Source: Alphaproteobacteria bacterium (GTDB lineage Bacteria; Pseudomonadota; Alphaproteobacteria; UBA828). From it: a stretch of DNA of 64,000 nucleotides. The stretch lies in the NCBI GenBank assembly GCA_965220745.1, contig CBDCQT010000013.1, positions 640,001 through 704,000 of the forward strand, in the 5' to 3' direction. The notes beneath the pieces were generated by a model, which did no database searches, was not told the origin of the DNA, and was given only the letters and a program-made list of their open reading frames with translations. This document shows positions 19,899 through 29,563 of this stretch, in pieces. The translations under genes were made by a program, and so were the position numbers. The stretch's first letter is position 1. The number at the start of each line of letters is the position of its first letter.

Positions 19899-20690
19899 AT
19901 GACCGATAGTGCTCAACACCTCCGAAGCGCCGTCATGGCATTCATGGAACGCCGAAAGTTCAGCCCGTCACGAATGGGCAGGCTCCTCTTCGGCAACCCC
20001 TCCTTCGTCCGCGTCCTGATGGACGGCTGCTCCCCCAGGCTCGATACCGCAGACCGTGTGCTCGTGTTCATGGGACTGGAGCCCATCGGTCCGCGCTTCC
20101 GATGCGAGGTCGATGCGTACCTGGCGGTGACCGGCGCCAAGGCCACAGCGGTCGGCGAAGGGGCGATCGGGAACCGCTCTTTCGTGACGCGCCTGCGCAA
20201 TGGCTCCTCGCCCCGCCTCAAGACCGTCGACCGCGTGCGCGCCTGGATGAGGCAGAACGCGAGCGCCGAGGAGTCGCGCATGATCGAAGTGGCTACAAGA
20301 GAGGCGCTGCAGGACGAAGAGGGGGAGGGCGACAAGGCGCAACAGCCCGAACTTGTCGACAGGCCGCAGGCGGCACTGGCGGGTGCTCTCTTTTGGAGCG
20401 TGGTCGAGCTCGCCGAACTCCTGCGCATGAGCCGGCACACCCTGGACCGGTACAGGGTGGTCGGCGGCGGACCGCCGTTTCTCAAGCTGAGAGGACACAT
20501 CATCTATGCCCGGGAGGACGTGAAGAGGTGGTTGAAGACCCGTCGGCGGTCCACGACCTCGGATCTGGGCAAGTTGCTTGCCGACGAGCCGCCCGGCACG
20601 CCGGAAGACGATCTCTCTGGCTCTGCGGAGGGCGCTTCACCCGATTCCGAGGAGGACATCTCCCGTGATACCCGGGAGGACGACCGATGA
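19899..20690 (+). CDS. Regulator with two tandem Cro-like HTH domains and an excisionase-like HTH (start uncertain, 19863 or 19899)
   Basis: Repeats GNPSFVRVLMDGCSPRLDTADRV / GNRSFVTRLRNGSSPRLKTVDRV, then ELAELLRMSRHTLDRYRVVGGGPPFLKL...YAREDVKRWL. Confidence 0.75.
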   Translation: MTDSAQHLRSAVMAFMERRKFSPSRMGRLLFGNPSFVRVLMDGCSPRLDTADRVLVFMGLEPIGPRFRCEVDAYLAVTGAKATAVGEGAIGNRSFVTRLRNGSSPRLKTVDRVRAWMRQNASAEESRMIEVATREALQDEEGEGDKAQQPELVDRPQAALAGALFWSVVELAELLRMSRHTLDRYRVVGGGPPFLKLRGHIIYAREDVKRWLKTRRRSTTSDLGKLLADEPPGTPEDDLSGSAEGASPDSEEDISRDTREDDR

Positions 20691-22282
20691 CCGCGCGGCG
20701 CCGCCGGCTGGTGGCTGGACCATGGCCGCTTCTGGTCCTCCCTGTCCTCCTTCTGTGCGGCTGCGGGCTCACGGCCGTGGAGGACGCGCGGGACGAAGCG
20801 CATGCGGTGGCGCGGGATGCCGCAGCGGCGCGTGCGGGCGCATCGGCCGAGCCCGGCTACGTGACGGTGCGCCGGGTGGACCGGCCCTGGGTGGGGCTGG
20901 TGGTAATTGAAGAAGACAGGAGCACGCTGCCCGAGCGCCTGCTCAGCGAAGACGCGGTGACCCTGCCGCTGGCCGGTGCCGATGACGATGCAGTGCTGGC
21001 GGCGCGCATCGAGGCCGTCACCGGCATCCCCGTGCGCTTCGTCGGCGCCGCCCGTGAGGACGCGGGGACGCCCTTCGCCGCCGCGGACCTGCTGGTGCCG
21101 AACGGCACCGTCTGGACCGGCTCCCTGGACCGTCTGCTGGACGCCTGGACCGGGGCCGCCGGCCACGAGTGGCGGTACGCCGATTCGGGCCGCATCGAGA
21201 TCGTGCGCCGGCTGACGGCAGTGTTCCGGGTCAACGCGCTCGCCGGCACCGAGCGCCACGGCGCCTCGTCGTCGACGCAGGACCAGGCCGGCGAGGACGG
21301 ATCGAGCAGCCTCAGCGCCCAGTCCATCGAGAGCGAGATCGTCTACGACCCCTGGCCCGAGATCGAAGAGCAGATCGCGGGCCTCGTGGGCGAGGAGAGC
21401 ACGGTTACCGTCTCGCCTGCGAGCGCATCGGTGACGGTGAGCGGTGCGCCAGCGGACGTGCGCAAGGTGCGCGGCTATCTCGCCTGGCTCAACCGCGAGG
21501 TGCTGCGTCCGGTGACGCTGAGCGTCCACCTCTACGCAGTGCGCTTCGAGCGCGAGAGCGACCACGGCGTGGATGTCTCGCTCAGCGAGACGCTGGGCTC
21601 GTCCGTCGGCCTTTCGGTGGCGGGCGACACCGTCTCGGTGATCAGGCCCGGCGACACCGGAGGCGCCGTGGGCGCCGTGGACACGCTGGCGGCGGCGGTC
21701 CGGGCGCTCAGCCGGGCGGGCACGGTATCCCGGGTGCTGTCCGCCGACATCCCCTCGCTCAACGGCAAGCCGGCACAGTTCCTGGAACTCACCAACGAGG
21801 CCTATCTCAAGGAGCTCAGGACCACGGCCGGCGAGGGTGTGGCGCAGACCGAGCTGGTGCCGGGCACCGTGTCGTCGGGCTTCGCTCTCTCCTACCTCGC
21901 GCGCATCACCGGGCCGGACGAGGTTCTGGTGCGTCTCAACGCCAGTCTCAGGGACCGCCCGCGCTTCACCACCTTCACCACCGACGGTCACACCATCCAG
22001 CTTCCGGCCTACGGCGGGCGCGCGGTGCAGGTGACCCGGAAGATCGCGCATGGCGAGACCCTGATGGTGACGGGGTTCACCGACCGGGGTGCGGTGTCGG
22101 ACCGGCAGGGCAGCATCGACGTGGACATTCCCGCTCCTCTCGGCGGGCGCAGCGCGCACTTGGTGCGCGAGGAGCGGGTGCTTTTGATCGCGGCCGAGGT
22201 CGGCGCGCCGCTCGGCATCACGCAGGTTCACGGGGTCGAGCTCGGCCGGGGTGAGCCCCGGTATCGGGGAGACTATCCGTGA
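20687..22282 (+). CDS. pilN: Type IVb pilus secretin lipoprotein (PilN/BfpB-like)
   Basis: Lipobox LCGC; LNREVLRPVTLSV, SLNGKPAQF, ELVPGTVSSGF, TIQLP, GETLMVTGF secretin motifs. Confidence 0.85.
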   Translation: MTARRRRLVAGPWPLLVLPVLLLCGCGLTAVEDARDEAHAVARDAAAARAGASAEPGYVTVRRVDRPWVGLVVIEEDRSTLPERLLSEDAVTLPLAGADDDAVLAARIEAVTGIPVRFVGAAREDAGTPFAAADLLVPNGTVWTGSLDRLLDAWTGAAGHEWRYADSGRIEIVRRLTAVFRVNALAGTERHGASSSTQDQAGEDGSSSLSAQSIESEIVYDPWPEIEEQIAGLVGEESTVTVSPASASVTVSGAPADVRKVRGYLAWLNREVLRPVTLSVHLYAVRFERESDHGVDVSLSETLGSSVGLSVAGDTVSVIRPGDTGGAVGAVDTLAAAVRALSRAGTVSRVLSADIPSLNGKPAQFLELTNEAYLKELRTTAGEGVAQTELVPGTVSSGFALSYLARITGPDEVLVRLNASLRDRPRFTTFTTDGHTIQLPAYGGRAVQVTRKIAHGETLMVTGFTDRGAVSDRQGSIDVDIPAPLGGRSAHLVREERVLLIAAEVGAPLGITQVHGVELGRGEPRYRGDYP

Positions 22283-23808
22283 GCGTGCTGACCGTCGGCG
22301 GGCGGCGCTTTGCGGCCGGGCTCTACTGGCTGGAGCGCAAGGGTGCGGCCTCTGTGGCTCGGAACGCGCGGGCCTTCAAGCGTCCCTGGCACGTTCACTG
22401 GGGCGAGCAGACCGGGTACGCGGCGGACGAGGAGAGCCCGAAGGACTGTCCGAGCCTGGCGGCGTCGCTGCAGGCGCGCATCGCGGCCCCCACCTGGATG
22501 GCGCTGGTGGAGGTGGACGACGGGCGCCTTGCGCTGGTGAAGGCCAGGGACGGCGCCTTCCTTGCCGACGGCGACGAGGTGTTTGCCGACCGGGAGGCCG
22601 CGCTTGCGGCCTTCGAGCGTGCCCGCGGCAAGACGGAAAGTTCCACCGTACCCGTGAGTTCCACGGTACCGGAGAGTTCCTCCGTGGGCTGGGCGCTCCA
22701 TGCGACGCCGGGGCTGGTGAAGGACGCGGGAGCGGAGCGTTCCCCCGTAAGCGAGATCGACCCCGCGTCGCTGGCGGACGATCCCGGCATGCGCCTTGCG
22801 GCGGCGCCGCTCTCGACGCTCGGCCTGCCGAAGGTGGGGCGCTTCCTGGCGCTTGCCGTCATGGTGGCGGGCGGCGCCTTCGTGTGGACGCAGCGCGGCA
22901 CGATCTGGGACTTGATCGCCGGACCCGAGGAGGCGGCGGAGGCGGAGCAGGCGCCCGTGGAGCCGCCGGTGACGGCGATACTGGATGCGGGCGCGCTGCT
23001 CGCGGGCTGCCGGCAGGCGCTCATGGCGTATCCGCCGTACCTGCCGGCATGGCGCACGGAGCGCATCTCCTGCGAGGGCCGCTTCGCAGACATCGCGCTC
23101 ATCGGCGTGCGCCCGGAGCTCGAGGACCGGGCGGTGCTCACGGTGCGCTGGCGGCTCGGTTCGGGTCGTCCGGAGCCCCTGCACCGGCGCATCGCCGAGA
23201 CGCACCTCTCCGGATGGTACGCGGCTTCGGTCACGGGGGACCGGGCCTGGGCGGTTGCGCCGCTCGCCCCGGTGCTGCAGCGTTTCGAGGTCGGAGGGGA
23301 ACACCATGGTGCCCCTCCCTCCCTGCTCGACTTCCGCGAGGCGGTGGACCGGCATTTCGGCGCGCGCGGCACCCGCATCGAATACCCCATGCAGGGCGAC
23401 GGCATCGAGTTGCGCGTCACGACCGGTCGCGTGCCCTTTCGCCTCGCAGACGCCATTGCCGCCGTGCCCGGTCTCGAACTCGTGCGGCTCATCCGGGACA
23501 GCGCCGGCGAGTGGCGGCTCGAAGGGCGGCGGGTGTCGCCGGTCTCCATGCCGCGCGAACGCTTCGAGCAGGCGATTCGGCCACTGACTCAGTCAGTGTC
23601 TCAGTCAGTGACTCAGTCACCGGCGCATTCGGTGGCGCAGCCAGTAGCGCAGCCACCGGCAAAGCTGGAAGGCGCGGCCACTGACCTGACCGGCGATGCA
23701 GTCGGCGAAGTCACCGACCCAATCGATGCCGCGGCCACCGGCACGACTGGCAATGCAGCCGGCAGCGCGATCAACCACACGGCCAACGACGGAGGCTCTG
23801 GATCATGA
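22279..23808 (+). CDS. Type IVb pilus assembly protein PilO2-like
   Basis: VGGRRFAAGLYW start, PSLAASL, FLADGDEVF; central TM; follows the secretin. Confidence 0.7.
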   Translation: MSVLTVGGRRFAAGLYWLERKGAASVARNARAFKRPWHVHWGEQTGYAADEESPKDCPSLAASLQARIAAPTWMALVEVDDGRLALVKARDGAFLADGDEVFADREAALAAFERARGKTESSTVPVSSTVPESSSVGWALHATPGLVKDAGAERSPVSEIDPASLADDPGMRLAAAPLSTLGLPKVGRFLALAVMVAGGAFVWTQRGTIWDLIAGPEEAAEAEQAPVEPPVTAILDAGALLAGCRQALMAYPPYLPAWRTERISCEGRFADIALIGVRPELEDRAVLTVRWRLGSGRPEPLHRRIAETHLSGWYAASVTGDRAWAVAPLAPVLQRFEVGGEHHGAPPSLLDFREAVDRHFGARGTRIEYPMQGDGIELRVTTGRVPFRLADAIAAVPGLELVRLIRDSAGEWRLEGRRVSPVSMPRERFEQAIRPLTQSVSQSVTQSPAHSVAQPVAQPPAKLEGAATDLTGDAVGEVTDPIDAAATGTTGNAAGSAINHTANDGGSGS

Positions 23809-25583
23809 GCAAGGGAGCACGCTGCAATCGGCGACATCTGCGTAGACGCATCATGGCGGGTGCGAGCGCGCTCGCGATCAGCGTCGCCATCCACGCAGCG
23901 GCGATAGCGGTGATCACGCCGATGTTGGCGACACCGGCGGCCGCGCAGGAGAGCGAGGAGGTCTACCGCCAGGAGGCGCTGGCCCATGCAAGGGCCATCT
24001 CCGAGGGCTGGCGGCGCCTCGAGGACCACATTCTGCGGCGCTCGACTGCGCCCACGCGCTGGACAGGCTCCGTGCCGCCGGCGTCGACCGGATGGCTGGA
24101 TGCCTGGAACGAGCGGGGAGTAGGGGCGCGCTACTGCGATAACACCCTGCTGGTCTACATGGAGCCCGAGGTCCTCAAGGGCGTGGGTCGCGACCAGCGC
24201 TCGGTGCAGGTGGCGCCCCACCTCTATGCCGCACAGGGGAACACCCTGGTCCAGGGGAACACCCTGGCAGGCGGCCTCGCCGCCCTGCACTGGCTCACGG
24301 GTGCCTCAGGCACATGGGTAGCCGAGGGAACCGCGGGCCGGCCTGATGTGTCCTTGCCGGCATGCCTCTCCGATTCGTCCTTCGGCGGTCCCCTGCCCTT
24401 CGGGCGTGTGGCGCTGGCGGGCGCAGTGCGCGACCCGCACCTCGATCTGCGCGAGCGGATCTCGCACGAGCGCAGCGTGGAGGACTGCCCCGCAGGAACG
24501 CATGGCGAAGGCCGCACCATGACCCGTGAGGTACGGCAGACATACGACGGCAGGGGCGATGCGGTGGGCGATCCCGTCATGGGCTCCTGGCAGGTGTCGA
24601 TCGACGACTGCCGGGCCGACTACAGCGAGTGGGAGCACTACACGCTGGAGTGCAGCTGGCTTGCGGGCCCGCCGCACGACCGGGAGATGACGGGTCAGGA
24701 GATCTGGCGCCGGGAGAAGACGGTAACTGCCGATGGCGTGTCGTGGGGTACGCCGGAGTTCGTCTCGACGAGTTGCTGGGAGGGGCAGGTGCCGGCGCTC
24801 CCGCAGGCCGAGGTGACCGAGACGGTGCGCACCGAGACCACGAGCGGGGCCTGTCCTGCGGGCTACTCGGGCACGGCGGTGCTGACGCGGACGGTGACGA
24901 CGCGGTCCACGACGTGGCCCTGGGACGCCCAGCCCACGGTCCAGGACATCCCCGGCAACTGGATTGCCGACGAGTCGGGGTGCACCCAAGTGGTTCTGCC
25001 TCCCATCCACACGGACGAGTTCACGCCGGGGGGCCCGACGGGTACGGGCACCGGGGGGCCTGGAGACGGCAGTTGCGGGCCAGCACCCGGAGATGGCGGC
25101 GGCTCGGACGGCCCCGGCGACGGCACCTGCTCGGGGCCGGGCGTGGGTCCGGGCGCGGGCAACGGCGGCGGAAACGGCGGCTGCTTCCTCACCGAGGCGG
25201 TGGTGGGCGCGCAGGGCATCGAGGCCGACGACGGCCCGACGCTGACGACGCTGCGCGCCTTCCGCGACCGCTACATGCAAGAGACGCCGGAGCGCCGGGC
25301 GCTGGTGGCCCGCTACTACGAGATCGCACCTCGCATCGTTGCTGCGATCCGGCTGGGGCACGAGGACTGGAACTGGATCGGCACGCAGGTGGACGAGGCG
25401 GTGGCGGCGATCCGCGCCGGTGAGAACGACCATGCCTTCGCCATCTACGTCGCCATGGTGCGCCGCCTGGAGGCGCGCTGGCTCGAGCCGGCGCGGGAGG
25501 CGCCGCAGCAGAGGGTTTCTATGCACCAGGGTGTTCCCCTGCACCAGGGTGTTCCCCTAGACCGGGGTGTTCCCCTGTCATGA
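23805..25583 (+). CDS. Secreted Cys-rich protein with C-terminal CFI-box-CTERM-like domain
   Basis: Signal peptide; CPAG repeats; Gly-rich linker; GGCFLTEAV...LRAFRDRYM...VARYYEIAPRIV. Confidence 0.7.
   Translation: MSKGARCNRRHLRRRIMAGASALAISVAIHAAAIAVITPMLATPAAAQESEEVYRQEALAHARAISEGWRRLEDHILRRSTAPTRWTGSVPPASTGWLDAWNERGVGARYCDNTLLVYMEPEVLKGVGRDQRSVQVAPHLYAAQGNTLVQGNTLAGGLAALHWLTGASGTWVAEGTAGRPDVSLPACLSDSSFGGPLPFGRVALAGAVRDPHLDLRERISHERSVEDCPAGTHGEGRTMTREVRQTYDGRGDAVGDPVMGSWQVSIDDCRADYSEWEHYTLECSWLAGPPHDREMTGQEIWRREKTVTADGVSWGTPEFVSTSCWEGQVPALPQAEVTETVRTETTSGACPAGYSGTAVLTRTVTTRSTTWPWDAQPTVQDIPGNWIADESGCTQVVLPPIHTDEFTPGGPTGTGTGGPGDGSCGPAPGDGGGSDGPGDGTCSGPGVGPGAGNGGGNGGCFLTEAVVGAQGIEADDGPTLTTLRAFRDRYMQETPERRALVARYYEIAPRIVAAIRLGHEDWNWIGTQVDEAVAAIRAGENDHAFAIYVAMVRRLEARWLEPAREAPQQRVSMHQGVPLHQGVPLDRGVPLS
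25524..25577 (-). repeat. 18-bp family A array, 3 units, reverse orientation
   Basis: CACCAGGGTGTTCCCCTG-type units; HQGVPL. Confidence 0.9.
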
Positions 25584-26797
25584 GGGCGCGTCGCACCATG
25601 ATGGGCCTGGCTGCGGCCGCGCTCATGGCGGCGTGCGCGGGAGAGGCAAGTGCACAGTCAGGACCTCCCAACTACAGCTCCCATGATGCGGCGTTCTTCT
25701 CGGAGCTGCTGACCGACCGGGTCTGGCTGCTCGAGCGCCCGAACTCGGCGCAGGCGGGCGACCGGGGTCTGGTCTGGGGCATCCACCATGCGGCCGACGG
25801 CACCGCGCGGGCGTGCATCCACCTCGACGGCGTCTGGCAGGCGCGAATCGACCGCTGGCGGGTGGTCTCGTCGCCCCGCTTCCGGGCCCTCTACAACTAC
25901 CACGACGCCGGCACGGAACCCGATCCCGGCCACGTGAAGGGGCACGTGCCGATCTTCTACGACCCCGGGACGGGCCGGCTCCACAGCGAGAGCGTCGGCG
26001 GAGCCGAAGGCTCGCAGGGCAACTGGTTCGTGCTCTCTCTCGGCTGGGTGCAGGAGAGCTGGCCGCAGGCGCTGAAGGACACTTGTCCCGACCTCGATCT
26101 TCCCGCCGGGTTTTCGGTCAATGCGAAACAGACCTCCGTGCTCATGGAGGAGGCCGTCGCGCAGGATCCCGATGCGGCGCTCCGCACTCATCCGGGCTCG
26201 GAGCTGAGGGCGCCGGGCTCGATTGGGCTGGCGATGACAGGCGGCGGGCCAACGGTGACGGCGGCAGACCTCGCGCGTTTCCTTGCGGCCAACGACGGGC
26301 ACGTGCTCAAGAGCCCGGCGGGAACGCGAATGGTGCTGGTGCTTGGGGCAGAGCGCGACGAGCTGTGGCGGCTGGATGAGCACGGGAACGTAACCGACAC
26401 GGCGGTGCTGCTGCCTTCGGCCGAGGGTGCCGGCATCGCGGCGCAGTGGGAGCGCCTTCCACGCCGTCTGGAGTACCGCCTGGGCGACCCCTTCCCGCTG
26501 CAGCCGACCGGCGAGCGTTATGGGGCGATGGCGCTCACGGACCGCCTGGTCGCCGCGGGCCGGCCCGTCGCGCTGCCGTTCGGAGACATGGGCGACATCC
26601 CGCTGCGCTTCTACGACGGCGGCGCGGCGACGGCGGAAGACGTCCACGGCGGCGAGCTAGGCGGCCGCTGGCGCTGGTCGCGGGGCCATCTCCACGTCTC
26701 GCTCGACGGCATGGCGGAGACGCTGGCCTGGCCCTTGCGCGATCTTGCGCGGCACGTCGGCACGATCCCGGCCTCTTCCGACGGCTCGGCGGAGTGA
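25580..26797 (+). CDS. Hypothetical exported protein
   Basis: Signal peptide; ATGA overlap with upstream gene. Confidence 0.7.
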   Translation: MRARRTMMGLAAAALMAACAGEASAQSGPPNYSSHDAAFFSELLTDRVWLLERPNSAQAGDRGLVWGIHHAADGTARACIHLDGVWQARIDRWRVVSSPRFRALYNYHDAGTEPDPGHVKGHVPIFYDPGTGRLHSESVGGAEGSQGNWFVLSLGWVQESWPQALKDTCPDLDLPAGFSVNAKQTSVLMEEAVAQDPDAALRTHPGSELRAPGSIGLAMTGGGPTVTAADLARFLAANDGHVLKSPAGTRMVLVLGAERDELWRLDEHGNVTDTAVLLPSAEGAGIAAQWERLPRRLEYRLGDPFPLQPTGERYGAMALTDRLVAAGRPVALPFGDMGDIPLRFYDGGAATAEDVHGGELGGRWRWSRGHLHVSLDGMAETLAWPLRDLARHVGTIPASSDGSAE

Positions 26798-26804
26798 ACG
26801 GACG

Positions 26805-27911
26805 ATGAGCGTGCGCCCCCTCCGTTTCGTCTTGCCCGCGGCCATGCTCGCGTCCACCACTCTCTGGGCGAGCACCGCCGCTGCGGGAGGATTGCCGCCC
26901 CTGCCGATAGAGATCGGGGAGATCGCAGAATCGGTCGCCGCGGTCTCGGGGGCGGTCGAAACAGACGCACGGACTGCCGGTGACAATGCCCTTCGGCATG
27001 CGACGCAGCCGTCGGCATCCGGGCCGGCAGAGGAGGCCGCCGGGACCGCCGATGTTCCTGAAGCGGCCAATGCCGCACCCGATGCAGTTGCGAAAGCGCC
27101 GCCGGCGAGCCGTCTGCTTCGCTCCCTGGAGGCGTGGTCTGCGCAGCCGACGATGGCCTCGCCATCGCCCGACGGGGCTTCCGCTGATGTCGGCCGGTCG
27201 GCAGCGGAAGCAGCGATCGGCAGATCACCGGGGAGTTCCCCTGGCCCGGCGCGTTCCGCTGTACCAGGGAGTTCCCCTGTGCCGGGGAGTTCCCCCGTTT
27301 TGCACGGTTGTCCGCGCGCGCTGCTGGCAGCGCTTCTGGGGGAGGCAACCGAGACAGCGGATGCGGTCTCTGCGCTCGCGATCGAGCGGGAGACGCTGGC
27401 GCTCTGCCGTGAGCGCCAGGAGATCGTCAACGGCATCGTGGCGCTGGAGGGCGAGCTGCAGGCGCTGCTGGCCGAAGCGCAGAACACGACGGGAGCGCCT
27501 GATGCAGGTGCCGGCGCAATCGGGCCTGCGGACGCGCCTATAGTTAAGGTGTCGGCGCCGGTCCGCGTGATCGAGGTGCCGGCGCCTGCGCCCCTGCGCG
27601 CGGAGACGGCAGAGGGGGCGACGGCCGCCCCGGCGCCCGCGCCGGAACTCCCCTCATACAGCTGGTTCTCGATCGTCGGCACGGCCGGCGACCTGCGCGC
27701 CGGCGTCAGCGACGGCACCGGGCACGGTGGCACGAATGTCTGGTTCGTGCGCGAGGGCGACCGGCTGCCCGGCGGGGTGACGGTGGCGCGCATCGTCGCC
27801 CGACCTCCGGGCGTGCACGTGGAGGGCGCCGTGGAGGCCGCCCTTCCCTACAGGCCCCGTCCTTCTGGCGTTACCGGCCCGCGCCGGGATGGCAAGGGAG
27901 ACGGATCGTGA
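26805..27911 (+). CDS. PilP-like type IVb pilus biogenesis protein
   Basis: Signal peptide, coiled coil, C-terminal SIVGTAGDLRA...VREGDRLPGGVTVARI domain; upstream of the ATPase. Confidence 0.6.
   Translation: MSVRPLRFVLPAAMLASTTLWASTAAAGGLPPLPIEIGEIAESVAAVSGAVETDARTAGDNALRHATQPSASGPAEEAAGTADVPEAANAAPDAVAKAPPASRLLRSLEAWSAQPTMASPSPDGASADVGRSAAEAAIGRSPGSSPGPARSAVPGSSPVPGSSPVLHGCPRALLAALLGEATETADAVSALAIERETLALCRERQEIVNGIVALEGELQALLAEAQNTTGAPDAGAGAIGPADAPIVKVSAPVRVIEVPAPAPLRAETAEGATAAPAPAPELPSYSWFSIVGTAGDLRAGVSDGTGHGGTNVWFVREGDRLPGGVTVARIVARPPGVHVEGAVEAALPYRPRPSGVTGPRRDGKGDGS
27228..27299 (-). repeat. 18-bp family A array, 4 units, reverse orientation
   Basis: CCRGGGAGTTCCCCTGTG-type units; PGSSPV. 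Confidence 0.9.
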
Positions 27912-29563
27912 AGCGTACCAGGGCGTTCCCCTGTTCCGCCGCAGAGTGGCTGGGCCTGCAGGGGAACGCCCTGATTCCCGCACGGCGTCGGGGTTCCGAG
28001 GGCTCCGGCGGCCTCATCCGCCACCCCGCCATGGACGAGTGGGTCAGGCGCGTCTGCGCCGTGTACGCTGACGGCCGCTGCCTGATCGCCGAAGGCTATG
28101 AGAGCGACCGCAGGCTGCGCGCGGCTCTCATAGAGCTCCGCCGCAACGGCAGTGTCCCCGGCCGACTGATCGAGCGCACCGCCGACCTCGACGAGATCGC
28201 GGCGTGCTGGCGCAGGGCAGCGCATGAGGCGGCGGGCGGCGAGGCGCCTGCAGCGCACAAGGTGCGCACCCTCTTCGAAGAGGCCGCCGCGGCCAAGGCC
28301 AGTGACGTCGTCTTCGAGAACGACGGCGGGCTCTGCCGCGTCCACGGCATCGTCAACGACCGCAAGCTCCAGCTCGCAGCCCCCATGCCAGCAGACGAGG
28401 GCCGCGAGGTCATGGGCTTCCTCTTCCACTGCAAGGACGAGGGATCGGCACAGACCTCGTACCAGAGAAGCGCCTTCCAGGGCTTCTCGGTCCGAGCCGG
28501 CGGCCAGGTGCCGCTGCCCTCGACGGTCTCCGCGCTGCGCTGCCAGCGCGGCCCCCACGAGCCCGACGGCGATCATCTGTTCGCCCGCCTCTTCTACCGT
28601 GACCGTATCGCCAAGGGCACCACTCTGGAGAGCCTCGGCTTCTCTGCAGAGGAGGCGGCGGTGTTCTCGGAGATCCGCATGTCGCTCCGGGGCGGCATCT
28701 TCCTCGGCGGCACGGCGGGGGACGGCAAGTCCACCACGCTGGCTACCAATCTCGCGCTCCAGATGGAGGAGGCGCAGGGCCAGCTCAACGTGGTGACCAT
28801 CGAGGACCCGGTGGAATACCCCATTCCGGGCGCGGTGCAGATCGCGGTGCCCACCACGGGCTCCGGCGAGGAGCGCGGCAGGCACTTCAGGGACGCGCTG
28901 ATGCACTTCTGCAGGGTGCATCCGGCGTCGGGAATGGTGTCCGAGATCAGGGACGCGGACGCGGCCCGGCAGGTGCTGCAGTTCATCGACACCGGCCACC
29001 AGGTGTGGACCACCATCCACGTCCACTCCGCCAACGCGATCCTTTTCCGCCTGCTCGACATGGGGGTGGGCACCGCCGAGGTGTGCAAGCCCGGCAACAT
29101 CGAGCTGCTGATGAAGCAGACCCTGCTTCCCAGGCTCTGCGACGCATGCGCGCTCGAAGAGCCTGCGGGAGGCAAGGCGGTCCCCGACTGGCTGGGGCGG
29201 CATCTCCGCAACTGGCCCGGAGTGCGCTTCCGCAACCCGCAGGGCTGCGAGACCTGCAATCGCGAAGACCGAAGTGTCGTGGCGGGCAAGGCCTGGAACG
29301 GCTACGCGCAGCAGACGGCAATTGCCGAGACCATCCGCCCCGATGCGGCCTACCTCGCCTTCGTGCGCCAGCGCGACCCGGCAGGCGCCTGGGAGCACTG
29401 GGTGACCCATATGGGCGGCAGGCCCATGGGCGAGCGCATCTGGGCGCTGGTGGCGGCCGGCCGTGCGGACCCCTTCGATGCGCTGCGCAAGGGCGCACGG
29501 GTGAACCAGGCGGAGGCCGTGGATGCCTCGCCGCTTCCGGCCTCCGGGGAAGACGCCGCATGA
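27908..29563 (+). CDS. pilQ: Pilus assembly ATPase (PilQ/GspE family)
   Basis: GTAGDGKSTT Walker A, TIEDPVEY, MVSEIRD, TGHQVWTTIH, two CxxC. Confidence 0.9.
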   Translation: MKRTRAFPCSAAEWLGLQGNALIPARRRGSEGSGGLIRHPAMDEWVRRVCAVYADGRCLIAEGYESDRRLRAALIELRRNGSVPGRLIERTADLDEIAACWRRAAHEAAGGEAPAAHKVRTLFEEAAAAKASDVVFENDGGLCRVHGIVNDRKLQLAAPMPADEGREVMGFLFHCKDEGSAQTSYQRSAFQGFSVRAGGQVPLPSTVSALRCQRGPHEPDGDHLFARLFYRDRIAKGTTLESLGFSAEEAAVFSEIRMSLRGGIFLGGTAGDGKSTTLATNLALQMEEAQGQLNVVTIEDPVEYPIPGAVQIAVPTTGSGEERGRHFRDALMHFCRVHPASGMVSEIRDADAARQVLQFIDTGHQVWTTIHVHSANAILFRLLDMGVGTAEVCKPGNIELLMKQTLLPRLCDACALEEPAGGKAVPDWLGRHLRNWPGVRFRNPQGCETCNREDRSVVAGKAWNGYAQQTAIAETIRPDAAYLAFVRQRDPAGAWEHWVTHMGGRPMGERIWALVAAGRADPFDALRKGARVNQAEAVDASPLPASGEDAA

